The notes under the pieces are model-generated. The model did not search any database, was not told the origin of the DNA, and was given only the letters and a program-made list of their open reading frames with translations. Positions 30,025 through 39,865 of a stretch of DNA of 64,000 nucleotides are shown one piece after another (positions within the stretch are counted from its first letter, which is position 1; each line of letters begins with the position of its first letter). This DNA is from Gemmatimonadales bacterium (GTDB lineage: Bacteria; Gemmatimonadota; Gemmatimonadetes; Gemmatimonadales; GWC2-71-9). Both the position numbers and the translations under genes were made by a program. The stretch spans positions 1-64,000 of the forward strand of contig JBBQFH010000001.1 in NCBI GenBank assembly GCA_038321865.1, read 5' to 3'.

Positions 30025-30942
30025 CTACCCGCGCGGATGAAACTGCTTGTGCACGGATCGGAGATACTCACGATCGACGTGCGTGTAGATCTGCGTCGTT
30101 GACAGGTCGGCGTGCCCCAGCATCTCCTGTACCGCGCGCAGGTCCGCCCCGCCTTCCAGCAGATGGGTGGCGAAGCTGTGGCGGAGCGTGTGGGGGGTGA
30201 CACGCTTGGAGATGCCGGCACGCATGGCCGCCTGCTTGACGACGCCCCAGGCGCCGACACGGGAGAGCGGCTCGCCGCGGAAGTTGAGCAGCACCCTTCC
30301 CCCCGACTTGCCGCGGTCGAGTTCCGGCCTGAGGGTGTGCAGATAGACCGAGACGATGCCGATCACGCCCCGCCCAATGGGCACCAGACGCTCCTTGCCA
30401 CCTTTGCCGAATACGCGCACCAGCCCCTCGTCAAGCACGAGGTCGGTCAGCGTGAGCCCGCACAGCTCGCTCACCCTGAGCCCGGCTCCGTACGCGAGCT
30501 CCAGCATCGCGCGGTCGCGCCAGGCGAGCGGCCGGTCCGTCGCCGCGGCAGCCAGCAGTGATTCGACCTCGGACACGCCGAGCGTGTCCGGCAGCGTCCG
30601 CCAGCGCCTGGGAGTTTCGAGCCGGTCGCTGGGGTCGTCGCGCAACGCTCCCTCGCCGACCAGGAACGCGAAGTAGGTCCGCACGGCGGAGACGCTGCGC
30701 CGTATCGTGGCGGCGCTGAGCCCGAGATCCTTCAACAGAAATACGAACTCGCGCAGCAGCGGCCGCGAGAAAGCGGCCGGCGTGTGGATCCCCCGGCTGA
30801 GGCCGAATTCCCCGAGCCGGCGGAGGTCGCGCAGATAGGCTTCCACCGTGTTCGGGCTGTTCCCGGCCTCGAGCGACAAATAGTCCCGGAATTCCCGCAG
30901 CAGGAACTCACGCTCCACCTGCGCACGCACTGCCGCGGTCAC
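30025..30942 (-). CDS. xerD: Site-specific tyrosine recombinase XerD
   Basis: NTVEAYLRDL, RDRAMLELAYGAGLRVSEL, GKGGKERLVP, HTLRHSFATHLLEGGADLRAVQEMLGH, TTQIYTH and HPR. Confidence 0.93.
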   Translation of the reverse strand: MTAAVRAQVEREFLLREFRDYLSLEAGNSPNTVEAYLRDLRRLGEFGLSRGIHTPAAFSRPLLREFVFLLKDLGLSAATIRRSVSAVRTYFAFLVGEGALRDDPSDRLETPRRWRTLPDTLGVSEVESLLAAAATDRPLAWRDRAMLELAYGAGLRVSELCGLTLTDLVLDEGLVRVFGKGGKERLVPIGRGVIGIVSVYLHTLRPELDRGKSGGRVLLNFRGEPLSRVGAWGVVKQAAMRAGISKRVTPHTLRHSFATHLLEGGADLRAVQEMLGHADLSTTQIYTHVDREYLRSVHKQFHPRG

Positions 30943-31991
30943 GGCCCCTGACCCGCGGCCACGCGCTCGCGCGCGGCGTTGACCTGCTCCGGATCGACGC
31001 CGAGAAGCGCCGCCGCCCGGCGGACGAGGCCGGCATCGGCGGCCCGGGGCGCCCCTTCAAGCGCGACCTGCCAGATGCGCTCCACCAGTGCGATGCGCCG
31101 TTCGGCGCCAAACCGTTGCTCGATTCGCTCGCGGTACGCCTCGAATCGCGATCGCTCCGGGTGCTCAGCGGCCAACGGTGCCGAATGCCGGGACGCGAGT
31201 GCCCAGCGCGTGCGCAGGCGCTCCTCGACCTGCGCGCGCTCCTCCATGGTGAGCGCGGGGTCCGCATAGGCGATCTCGAGCAGCAGGACGGCGGCGGCGC
31301 GGCTGGATTCCTCGTCCTCGCCGGGAACCGTCCCCGGCGTGGCGTCGAAGGCTCCGTGCACGGCGGACCAGACCGGTTGGCGGCTGCGTCGCCTTCGGCG
31401 CAGCATGAGCCACACGAAGAGGACGAGCGTTGCCAGGCCGCCGGCGATCGCCAGTGTGCGATTTGCGCGCTGCAGAATGGCTTCGACGGTGGACCACTCG
31501 GCTCCGAGCGCGGTGCCCAGCGCCGTGATCGCCCCGTACCAGAGTGCCGACGCGAGGGCCATGGGAATGATGGCGCGCGCCGGCGGGATTGCGGCGAGGC
31601 CCGCGAAGGGGGCAACCACGGCGCGAAACCCGGGCAGGAATCTCGCGATGAAGATGCCGACCATCCCGAATCGCAGGTATTCCCGCTCGATCGTGGCGAG
31701 CGCACGAGGTGCCAGCAACCGCCGCCCGGCCCGGGAGGCGAACAGGCGGCGCCCATACCGACGGGACAGCACATAGACGCCGATCGCCCCCGCCATGTTG
31801 CACGACCAGATGACAAGAAAGACGCCGATCGGCGTCGTGACGCCCCGATGGCTCAGGAACGCACCGAGGGCAACGATCGCGTCGGTAGGCAACGGAGGAA
31901 TGACGTTTTCGACAGCGGCAAAAACGCCGAGCACCACGTAGACGGCAGCGCTCGGCAACCCGGCAAGCCACTGCAGGAGCGATTCGATCAG
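30939..31991 (-). CDS. DedA-family membrane protein fused to a C-terminal TerB-like domain (probable CTG start)
   Basis: DedA motifs ENVIPPLP and ARFLPGFR. Tail AAVLLLEIAYAD..EER...RIALVERIWQVA...LVRRAAALLGV resembles TerB. Confidence 0.8.
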   Translation of the reverse strand: MIESLLQWLAGLPSAAVYVVLGVFAAVENVIPPLPTDAIVALGAFLSHRGVTTPIGVFLVIWSCNMAGAIGVYVLSRRYGRRLFASRAGRRLLAPRALATIEREYLRFGMVGIFIARFLPGFRAVVAPFAGLAAIPPARAIIPMALASALWYGAITALGTALGAEWSTVEAILQRANRTLAIAGGLATLVLFVWLMLRRRRRSRQPVWSAVHGAFDATPGTVPGEDEESSRAAAVLLLEIAYADPALTMEERAQVEERLRTRWALASRHSAPLAAEHPERSRFEAYRERIEQRFGAERRIALVERIWQVALEGAPRAADAGLVRRAAALLGVDPEQVNAARERVAAGQGP

Positions 31992-32464
31992 CGCTCCTCC
32001 AGCGTGGCCACGGCAATTACGGCCAGCCCTTCGCCCCGGCCAAGGCAACCCATGCCCTCATTGGTCTTCGCCTTGACGCCGACGTCCCCGGCCGACAGGC
32101 CGAAGACCTGCGCGAGGGCGGCGGCCATCGCGTCCACGTGTGCCGCGAGCCTCGGCTGTTCGGCGATGATGGTCACGTCAGCCTGGACCACGCGAAACCC
32201 GCGCTCCCCCACCCGTGCGGTCGCGAGGCGGAGGAGGTTCATCGAATCGGCGTTTTCCCATTGCGGATCGGAATCGGGAAAGAGGCGCCCGATGTCGCCG
32301 GCCCCCGCCGCGCCCAGGACCGCGTCAGTCACGGCATGGGCAACGGCGTCGGCATCGGAGTGTCCGGCGAGGCCAAGTGGATGGGGGATGTGCTGGCCGG
32401 CGAGAATGAGTGCCCGGCCGGCGACGAAGCGATGGGAATCGTACCCGATGCCGACGCGGCTCAT
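31988..32464 (-). CDS. ispF: 2-C-methyl-D-erythritol 2,4-cyclodiphosphate synthase
   Basis: RVGIGYDSH, GHSDAD, GDIGRLFPD and KAKTNEG. Confidence 0.95.
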   Translation of the reverse strand: MSRVGIGYDSHRFVAGRALILAGQHIPHPLGLAGHSDADAVAHAVTDAVLGAAGAGDIGRLFPDSDPQWENADSMNLLRLATARVGERGFRVVQADVTIIAEQPRLAAHVDAMAAALAQVFGLSAGDVGVKAKTNEGMGCLGRGEGLAVIAVATLEER

Positions 32465-32471
32465 GGCGATC

Positions 32472-33533
32472 TCACGCCGCGGCGGTGGCCGGCTCCTCGA
32501 TGAAGCTGTAGTCCTGGCGCCGGCGGCGGACGTCATATCCGGCGTCGCGAATCGACCGCTCCATCTCGGTGATGGTCGCCCGATGTGTCGTGCCGGCAGA
32601 GGAAACGACATTCTCCTCCATCATGAGGCTGCCGAAATCGTTGGCGCCGAACCGCAGCGCGACCTGACCCACCTTGAGCCCCATCGTCACCCACGACGAC
32701 TGCAGGTTCGGCACGTTGTCGCAGATGATCCGGCCCATTGCCAGCGTGCGAAGATAGGTCACCGCGTCAGTCTTGACGCTGTCGGCCATGCCGGTGCCGT
32801 CGGGTTGCAACGGCCAGCAGATGAACGCGGTGAATCCGCCCGTGCGAGCCTGGAGGTCCCGCACTCGAAACAGGTGCTCGATGCGGTCGGCGCTGCTCTC
32901 CCCCAGACCATACATCATGGTCACCGAGGTCTTCATCCCCTGGTGATGCGCCTCCTCCTGCACCCCGAGCCACTCCTCGGTCTGGGCCTTCTTCCGGGCC
33001 ACACGTGCCCGAATCTCATCCACGAGGATCTCGCCGCCGCCACCGGGAATGCTGTCCAGTCCCGCCCCGCGCAGCTCACGGATGACTTCCGCCACCGGCA
33101 AGCCGAAGCGCTGGCCAAAAAAGACTACCTCTGAAGGCGAAAACCCGTGAATGTGGATCGGGTGGTTGCGCTTGATGTAGCGCATCAGGTCGAGATACCA
33201 CTCGAACGGGATGTACGGATTGTGCCCGCCCTGCAGCAGGATCTGAACGCCGCCGATCGCCTTGCACTCGTCGATTTTCCGGCCGATCTGCTCGTAGCTC
33301 AGCACGTAGCCCTCGAGATCCTTCGGGCGGCGATAGAACGCGCAGAACTTGCAGTCCGCCGTACAGACGTTGGTATAGTTGATGTTCCGATCAATGATGT
33401 AGGTCACCACATTCTCGGGATGCTGCCGCCACCGCTCGGCGTCCGCCAGCTGGCCCAGCTCGAGCAGGCTGGCCGTCTCGTACAGCTCGACGTAATCCCG
33501 GAATTCAGGTGAGCCGCGGTCCACGACAGTCAT
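32472..33533 (-). CDS. mqnC: Cyclic dehypoxanthine futalosine synthase (radical SAM)
   Basis: TYIIDRNINYTNVCTADCKFCAF, LLQGG and GANDFGSLMMEENVV. Confidence 0.9.
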   Translation of the reverse strand: MTVVDRGSPEFRDYVELYETASLLELGQLADAERWRQHPENVVTYIIDRNINYTNVCTADCKFCAFYRRPKDLEGYVLSYEQIGRKIDECKAIGGVQILLQGGHNPYIPFEWYLDLMRYIKRNHPIHIHGFSPSEVVFFGQRFGLPVAEVIRELRGAGLDSIPGGGGEILVDEIRARVARKKAQTEEWLGVQEEAHHQGMKTSVTMMYGLGESSADRIEHLFRVRDLQARTGGFTAFICWPLQPDGTGMADSVKTDAVTYLRTLAMGRIICDNVPNLQSSWVTMGLKVGQVALRFGANDFGSLMMEENVVSSAGTTHRATITEMERSIRDAGYDVRRRRQDYSFIEEPATAAA

Positions 33534-33541
33534 CGAATCCC

Positions 33542-34363
33542 CTATGCGGCGGTGATGAACGAGAGGGAGCCATCGGGCACCAGGCCATCCTGCGCCAGGC
33601 GCCGGAAGAAGTCGGTCAGCCCCGCCAGATGGCGGTAGGAGAGGCGGTAATCCAGATCGCCGAGATAGGAACGGCACACCTCCTCGGCCACCCCGGTCGC
33701 GCTTGCGGCATCGGCCGAGAGCTCGTCGAGGTGGGCCAGCCCCCACGCGCAGGAGGCGAGGAGGCCCGCGTGCAGCTCCTGAACGACAGGCGTGGGCGCA
33801 GTCCGGCGCGCCGCCCACACGGCGAAGACGAAGGGCAAACCAGTCCAGGCCTTCCATTCAGCGCCCAGATCAATCCTGTGGGGATACACTTCGCGCGCGG
33901 TGAGCATCAGGGCGGCGTCACCAATGACCAGGACCGCGTCGTGCGGAAACTGCGCGAGTGAGGCGAGATCGCTCGCCTCGGCACGCACGGTAGCGAAGCG
34001 CGGAGCCACTCCCCAGCGGTGCCGGCAGAGCAGCTCGAGCAGCAACACGGAGGTGCGAGAGGATGCCGTGAGGAGCACCGTCCGGCCATCGAGCTCGGAT
34101 ACGGGCCGCCGGGAGAAAAGCGCCACGCTGTGCACCGGGCCATCGCAGGTGATGGCGAGATCGGGCAGCAGGTGATACGCGGCCGCATTCCGGGCATACT
34201 CGACGGCCGAGACGACGCTCACATCGAGCTCACCGGCCGCGAGCAGATCATTGAGCTCCGACGCCGTGCCGGACACCAGCTCAGCCGGCACGGACACGAT
34301 TCCGCGGTCGATCGCGCCGTAGACCGGATAGCAGTTGATCCACGCGATTCGGCCCAGCCTCAT
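33542..34363 (-). CDS. mqnA: Chorismate dehydratase (futalosine pathway)
   Basis: RLGRIAWINC, SRTSVLL, LVIGDAAL and DLGAEWKAWTGLPFVFAVW. Confidence 0.92.
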   Translation of the reverse strand: MRLGRIAWINCYPVYGAIDRGIVSVPAELVSGTASELNDLLAAGELDVSVVSAVEYARNAAAYHLLPDLAITCDGPVHSVALFSRRPVSELDGRTVLLTASSRTSVLLLELLCRHRWGVAPRFATVRAEASDLASLAQFPHDAVLVIGDAALMLTAREVYPHRIDLGAEWKAWTGLPFVFAVWAARRTAPTPVVQELHAGLLASCAWGLAHLDELSADAASATGVAEEVCRSYLGDLDYRLSYRHLAGLTDFFRRLAQDGLVPDGSLSFITAA

Positions 34364-35559
34364 GCGGCGTGGACCACGGGCAGCGAGCGGGGCCGCTCGT
34401 TCGGCATCGGCGGCGGGGTCGGCTCGTCAAAGGTGTCGCGCACCGCACGGTACAGGCTGTCACGTTCCACCGGCCGGCGACCGGCATCGCGGATCAGCTT
34501 CACGAGCCCGAGATACGGCATGTGCATCTGGGTGCGCGCGCCGGCTTCGTGGTAGACCCGTTCATAGATCACGGTACCCTCGACATCATCGCAGCCGAAC
34601 GCCAGCGCGACCTGCGACATGAACGGCGTCACCATCGGCCAGTGCGTCTTCACGTGTGGGATGTTGTCCAGATACAGGCGGCCCACGGCGATCGCCTTGA
34701 GGTCCTCGTAGCCGGTGGTCGCGGTGCCCACCCGCCCCAGCTCCTCACCGAGCTCATTGTTTTCGGTGTGATACGCCAGGGGGATGTAGGTCAGAAACCC
34801 GCCGGTTTCGTCCTGCAGGGCGCGCAGCATTCCCAGGTGCTCGATCCGGTCCGCGGCGGTTTCGATGTGACCGTACAGCATCGTGCAGTTCGTGGGAATG
34901 TCGAGCTGGTGCGCCGTCCGGTGCACACGAATCCATTCCTCGCCGGTGAGCTTTCGCTCGGCGATGGTCGCGCGGACGGCGGTGCTGAACACCTCCGCCC
35001 CGCCCCCGGGAAGGCTGGTGAGCCCGGCCTCCTTCAGGGCGATGAGCACGTCGCGCTCGGTCGAGCGCTCGATCCGGGCGAGGTGGGCGATCTCGACGGC
35101 TGTCAGCGCCTTGATGTGAACGTGCGGATGGCGCTCCTTGAGACCACGAATCATGTCGGTGTAATAACTCAGCCGCAGCTTGGGATGCAGCCCGCCGACG
35201 ATGTGGAACTCGCGCGTCGGCGATCCCTCGGCCTGTTCAGCCTCGAGATACACCTCGTCGAGTGAGCGCGTGTAGGCGCCTTCCTCCTTCGGCATGCGGG
35301 CGAAGGAGCAGAAGGTGCACGTGTTCCGAAGAATGCAGACATTGGTCGGATTGAGATGCTGATTGGCGGAGAAGAATACGCGGTCGCCGTTGGCACGCCG
35401 GTTGGCGTAATCGGCCAGCATGCCGAGCCCCAGCAGGTCGCTCGTCGCGTACAGCGCGAGCCCATCCGACGCTTCGAGCCTCGTTCCGGCCAGCACCTTT
35501 TCCGCGATCGGCCGGAGGGCAGGATCGCGCAGGCGCGCTATGTCGACTTGGCCCGGCAT
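34360..35559 (-). CDS. mqnE: Aminofutalosine synthase (radical SAM)
   Basis: NPTNVCILRNTCTFCSF, FHIVGGLHP, IKALTAVEI and TMLYGHIE. Confidence 0.9.
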   Translation of the reverse strand: MPGQVDIARLRDPALRPIAEKVLAGTRLEASDGLALYATSDLLGLGMLADYANRRANGDRVFFSANQHLNPTNVCILRNTCTFCSFARMPKEEGAYTRSLDEVYLEAEQAEGSPTREFHIVGGLHPKLRLSYYTDMIRGLKERHPHVHIKALTAVEIAHLARIERSTERDVLIALKEAGLTSLPGGGAEVFSTAVRATIAERKLTGEEWIRVHRTAHQLDIPTNCTMLYGHIETAADRIEHLGMLRALQDETGGFLTYIPLAYHTENNELGEELGRVGTATTGYEDLKAIAVGRLYLDNIPHVKTHWPMVTPFMSQVALAFGCDDVEGTVIYERVYHEAGARTQMHMPYLGLVKLIRDAGRRPVERDSLYRAVRDTFDEPTPPPMPNERPRSLPVVHAA

Positions 35560-35631
35560 CGTGGCTCCTTGAAGGATCCGTACCTGAGAAATCTACATGA
35601 CCGCCGCCGCCGGGGCTACGCGATCCCACGC

Positions 35632-35663
35632 GGAAACGCCCCTCCGCGGGCACGGAAAGGGCG
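35632..35663 (-). terminator. Possible terminator after fabF
   Basis: Minus strand CGCCCTTTCCG...CGGAGGGGCG followed by TTT; imperfect stem. Confidence 0.4.
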
Positions 35664-35695
35664 GGACGAAACGACCTTCCCCGCTCCACAGCCGG

Positions 35696-36934
35696 CTACG
35701 TCCAGGCGCGCACGGCCAGGGTGGCATTATGGCCCCCGAACCCGAAGGAGTTGCTGATCGCCACCCGGACCGGCCGGCTCACCCTGTGATTGGGTGCCGA
35801 GTCGAGATCGCACTCCGGATCGGGCGTGAACTGGTTGATCGTCGGCGGAATCATGCTGTCCCGGCACGCCAGGAGCGAAACTCCGAATTCGAGCGCCCCT
35901 GCGGCACCGAGCAAGTGGCCCGTCATCGACTTCGTGGACCCGAACACGAGGCGGCGGGCGTGATCCCCGAAGACCGCCTTTACCGCCGCCGTCTCGGCGA
36001 TGTCGCCCTGATCGGTGGAGGTACCGTGCGCATTGACGTACCCGACATCCTCGGGATTGATCCCGCCGTCGGCCAGCGCGGCGCGGATCGCCCGCTGCGC
36101 ACCTTCGCCGGCCGGTGCCGGCGCCGTCATGTGATACGCATCCCCGCTCGCGCCATACCCCAGCACTTCACCCAGGATCACAGCACCACGCCGCTCGGCA
36201 TGCTCGAGGCTCTCGAGCATGCCCATCCCGGCGCCCTCACCAAGGACGAAGCCGTCGCGGTCCTTGTCGAACGGGCGGCTGGCGGTTTCGGGCGAGTCGT
36301 TGCGGGTCGAGAGGGCGCGCATGTTCTGGAAGCCGGCGATGGTCAGCCCCGAGATGGCCGCCTCGGCGCCGCCGCAGAGCATGGCGTCGGCCTTGCCATC
36401 CTTGATCATCGTGTAGGACTCGCCGATGGCATGAGCACTCGACGCACACGCGCTCACCGTGGCGAAATTCGGTCCCTTGGCGCCGTATCGGATGGAGACG
36501 AGGCCGGCGGCGATGTCGGGAATGAACATGGGGACGAAGAACGGGGAAACGCGGTCAGGGCCCTTGGTGAGATAGATCGAGCACTGTTCCTCGAAGGTCC
36601 GCATCCCGCCGATACCGCTGCCGATGACGACCCCGGTCCGATCGGGTGATGGAAACCTTCCCTCGAGTCCAGCCTGGGTCACGGCCTGCTGGGCCGCGCC
36701 GAGCGCGTACTGGACGAACTGATCGTACCGCTTCGCCTCCTTGCGGTCCATGTACAGCAGCGGATCGAACCCCTTGATCTCGCAGGCGAACCGCACCTGC
36801 AGCGCCGACGCATCGAACTTGGCGATCGGCGCTGCGCCGGAACGGCCGGCCAGCAGCGCGCTCCAGGTGGAATCCACGTCGTTGCCAACCGGAGTGACCA
36901 GGCCGAGTCCGGTGACGACGACGCGCTGCGCCAA
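35696..36934 (-). CDS. fabF: 3-oxoacyl-ACP synthase II
   Basis: [25 protein letters not shown] and [10 protein letters not shown]. Confidence 0.97.
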   Translation of the reverse strand: MAQRVVVTGLGLVTPVGNDVDSTWSALLAGRSGAAPIAKFDASALQVRFACEIKGFDPLLYMDRKEAKRYDQFVQYALGAAQQAVTQAGLEGRFPSPDRTGVVIGSGIGGMRTFEEQCSIYLTKGPDRVSPFFVPMFIPDIAAGLVSIRYGAKGPNFATVSACASSAHAIGESYTMIKDGKADAMLCGGAEAAISGLTIAGFQNMRALSTRNDSPETASRPFDKDRDGFVLGEGAGMGMLESLEHAERRGAVILGEVLGYGASGDAYHMTAPAPAGEGAQRAIRAALADGGINPEDVGYVNAHGTSTDQGDIAETAAVKAVFGDHARRLVFGSTKSMTGHLLGAAGALEFGVSLLACRDSMIPPTINQFTPDPECDLDSAPNHRVSRPVRVAISNSFGFGGHNATLAVRAWT

Positions 36935-36935
36935 G

Positions 36936-37175
36936 TTACTTGCCGATCTTCTGGTGGAGATAGTTCATCGCGTCGCCGACGGTGCGAAGCTTCTCCGCGT
37001 CCTCGTCGGGGATATCGATGTCGAACTCCTTCTCGAAGGCCATCACCAGCTCGACCGTGTCGAGGCTGTCCGCGCCCAGGTCCTCCATGAAGCTGGCCTC
37101 GCCGGTCAGCTTCTCGCGCTCGACGCCGAGTTCCTCGACGATGATGTCCTTGACCTTCTCTTCCACGTTGTCCAT
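36936..37175 (-). CDS. acpP: Acyl carrier protein
   Basis: [17 protein letters not shown]. Confidence 0.98.
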   Translation of the reverse strand: MDNVEEKVKDIIVEELGVEREKLTGEASFMEDLGADSLDTVELVMAFEKEFDIDIPDEDAEKLRTVGDAMNYLHQKIGK

Positions 37176-37206
37176 GTCGTCCTCGATGGATGATTGAGGG
37201 CCTGAG

Positions 37207-37947
37207 TCAGAAAACCATCCCGCCGTCGACCACGAGCACCTGCCCGGTCATGTACGCGGACAGGTCGGACGCCAGGAACAATACGGCGCCGGCGACGTCC
37301 TCGGCGCGGCCCAACCGGCCAAGGGCGATCGCCTGTAATAAGGAGGCGCGCGCCTCCTCCGGCAAGGCACTGGTCATGTCGGTGTCGATGAACCCTGGGG
37401 CCACGCAATTGGCAAGCACATTGCGGCTGGCGTACTCCTTGGCGATCGACTTGGTGAAGCCGATCAGGCCCGCCTTGCTCGCGGCGTAGTTGGCCTGTCC
37501 CTTGTTGCCGATCAGGCCGACCACGCTCGTGATGTTGATGATGCGGCCCGTCCGGCGCTTCATCATGCCCTTGATCACAGCCTTGGTGGTATGGAATGCG
37601 CCCTTGAGGTTCGCGTCGAGTACCGCATCCCAGTCCTCGCCGGAAAGCCGGAGCAGGATGTTGTCGCGAGTCAGCCCGGCATTGTTCACCAGGATGTCGA
37701 TCGGCCCCAGCCGACGCTCGATCTCCGCCACGGCGGCATCGACCTGCCCCGCGTCCGCCACGTCACACCCCACGCCGGCCACGCCATCGCCGAGCGAGGC
37801 GGCGACGGCGGCGGCGGTGGCCGCATCCCGGCCGCTGAGCGCCACGCGAGCGCCGGCGGCGTGGAGCGTACGCGCGATGGCCAGCCCGATCCCCCGCGTC
37901 CCGCCCGTCACGAAGGCGACGCGGCCGCCCAGCGAAATGTCCGTCAC
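37207..37947 (-). CDS. fabG: 3-oxoacyl-ACP reductase
   Basis: [16 protein letters not shown] and NYAASKAG. Confidence 0.96.
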   Translation of the reverse strand: MTDISLGGRVAFVTGGTRGIGLAIARTLHAAGARVALSGRDAATAAAVAASLGDGVAGVGCDVADAGQVDAAVAEIERRLGPIDILVNNAGLTRDNILLRLSGEDWDAVLDANLKGAFHTTKAVIKGMMKRRTGRIINITSVVGLIGNKGQANYAASKAGLIGFTKSIAKEYASRNVLANCVAPGFIDTDMTSALPEEARASLLQAIALGRLGRAEDVAGAVLFLASDLSAYMTGQVLVVDGGMVF

Positions 37948-38870
37948 GCGAGGAACCTTTCGAGCTCGTCTGCCGTGCCGAGCGACAGGGTGTCCGCCCC
38001 GGGCAGAATGCGTTTGATCAGGCCACTCAGGACATTGCCCGGCCCCACTTCGACGAAGCGCACACCGGGATCCCGCTGCGCCATCACCCTTACCGACTCG
38101 ACCCATCGCACCGGCGCGGTGACCTGGTCGAGCAGCAGGCGCTTGGCGTCCACACCCGTGGTCACGGGCTCGGCGCTGGCGTTGGCGATGACCGGGAAGC
38201 GTGGGTCGGCGAAGGGCACATCCCGCAGCGCCTCCCGCAGGCCATCCACGACCGGTGCCATTAACGGCGAGTGGAACGCTCCGCTCACCTTGAGCGCGAT
38301 CACGCGCTTGGCACCCAGCGCCTTGCACCGCGCACCCGCCCGCTCCACGCCGGTTGGATCCCCGGAAATGACAGTCTGATCCGGTGCATTGATGTTCGCG
38401 GCGACAGCGAGTCCCTCTTCAGTGGAGAGCGCGTCGCACGCGGCCTGGACCTGCTCGGTCGGAAGGCCCAGGACAGCGGCCATCGCCCCGGGCCGGGCCA
38501 GGCCCGCCTCGTACATCTCCTGGCCCCGCCGGCGAACGAGTGCCGCTCCGGCCGCGGCGGAGATCGAACCGGCGGCGACGTAGGCGCTGTACTCGCCAAG
38601 GCTGTGTCCGGCCGCGGCGGTCGCGCCGTCCAGCAGGCGCGGACCGGCGACGGCGAGGACCGCCGCGGAATGGGCCAGAATCGCCGGCTGTGCGTTGTGC
38701 GTGAGCGTGAGGTCCGACTCCGGCCCCTCCCACATCGTCCGGGAAAGATGGGCGCCAAGCGCGTCGTCCACGGCTTCGAACACCGCCCGCGCGGCCGGAA
38801 AGCGCTCCGCCAGGTCACGCCCCATGCCGACCTTTTGCGCGCCCTGGCCCGGAAACACCAGAAGAGTCAC
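37944..38870 (-). CDS. fabD: Malonyl-CoA:ACP transacylase
   Basis: FPGQGAQ, GHSLGEY and VSGAFHS. Confidence 0.96.
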   Translation of the reverse strand: MTLLVFPGQGAQKVGMGRDLAERFPAARAVFEAVDDALGAHLSRTMWEGPESDLTLTHNAQPAILAHSAAVLAVAGPRLLDGATAAAGHSLGEYSAYVAAGSISAAAGAALVRRRGQEMYEAGLARPGAMAAVLGLPTEQVQAACDALSTEEGLAVAANINAPDQTVISGDPTGVERAGARCKALGAKRVIALKVSGAFHSPLMAPVVDGLREALRDVPFADPRFPVIANASAEPVTTGVDAKRLLLDQVTAPVRWVESVRVMAQRDPGVRFVEVGPGNVLSGLIKRILPGADTLSLGTADELERFLA

Positions 38871-39865
38871 CAGCGCACCACCGCGCTCGCCCAGGTGAAG
38901 CCCGCGCCGAACGAGACGAGCAGCAGGAGTGATCCCGACGTGATGCGCCCCTCGGCGACAGCCTGATCCAGCGCGAGCGGGATCGATGCCGACGACGTGT
39001 TGCCGTATCGGTCGACGTTCACCATCACCCGCTCCATCGGCATGCCGGCATGCTTCGCGGTCGCTTCGATGATGCGGATATTGGCCTGGTGTGGGACGAG
39101 CAGATCGATCTGGTCCGCCGTCACGCCGGCGCGGCTCAGTGCCTGGTCGCAGGCATCGCTCATGGCGAGCACCGCCGCCTTGAACACCTCGCGCCCCGCC
39201 ATCCGGATGAACTGGGTCCGCTCGCGGATCACCTTGTCGCTGATGGGATCGCTCGAGCCGCCACCGGGCCGGTTGAGCAGGTCACCAAGGCGTCCGTCCG
39301 ACTTGATGAACGTGCTGAGCAGCCCGCGAGCGCCCGGCCCCCCGGCGGTACGGCGCAGCACGACCGCACCGGCGCCGTCACCGAACAGGATCGCGGTGGA
39401 GCGATCCGTCATGTCGGTGATCGCGGTCAGCTTCTCAGCGCCGAGCACCAGCGCCGTCTCGCTCTGGCCGGACGCGATGAGCCCTTCCGCGATGGTCAGC
39501 GCGTAGAGGAAGCCGGGGCAGGCCGCGTCGACGTCGAAGGCGGCCGCGCGGTGGGCGCCGAGGAGCGCCTGCAGATCACATGCGGTGGACGGCAGCAGGC
39601 GGTCCGGGCTTGCCGTTCCGAGCACGATGGAATCGAGGTCATTCGCGCTGACGCCCGCTCGCTCCATCGCGATCAGCGACGCGCTCCGACAGAGCGATGC
39701 GACCGTGTCCTCGGGGCCGGCGTAGCGGCGCTCGCGGATGCCGGTCCGCTCGACGATCCACTGGTCGGACGTCTCGAGCGAGGCCTCGAAGTCGGCGTTG
39801 GTGACGATGCGGGAGGGAACGGCGATGCCGAGACCCGCGATCTCGGCAAACGGCCGCGGAATCAT
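38867..39865 (-). CDS. fabH: 3-oxoacyl-ACP synthase III
   Basis: AACPGF, FGDGAGA, PHQANIRI and GNTSSAS. Confidence 0.96.
   Translation of the reverse strand: MIPRPFAEIAGLGIAVPSRIVTNADFEASLETSDQWIVERTGIRERRYAGPEDTVASLCRSASLIAMERAGVSANDLDSIVLGTASPDRLLPSTACDLQALLGAHRAAAFDVDAACPGFLYALTIAEGLIASGQSETALVLGAEKLTAITDMTDRSTAILFGDGAGAVVLRRTAGGPGARGLLSTFIKSDGRLGDLLNRPGGGSSDPISDKVIRERTQFIRMAGREVFKAAVLAMSDACDQALSRAGVTADQIDLLVPHQANIRIIEATAKHAGMPMERVMVNVDRYGNTSSASIPLALDQAVAEGRITSGSLLLLVSFGAGFTWASAVVRW

Noticed and set aside
30025..30942. Tyrosine recombinase as a phage or island integrase
   Set aside because: Its size and motifs match chromosomal XerD and it is embedded in a core operon.
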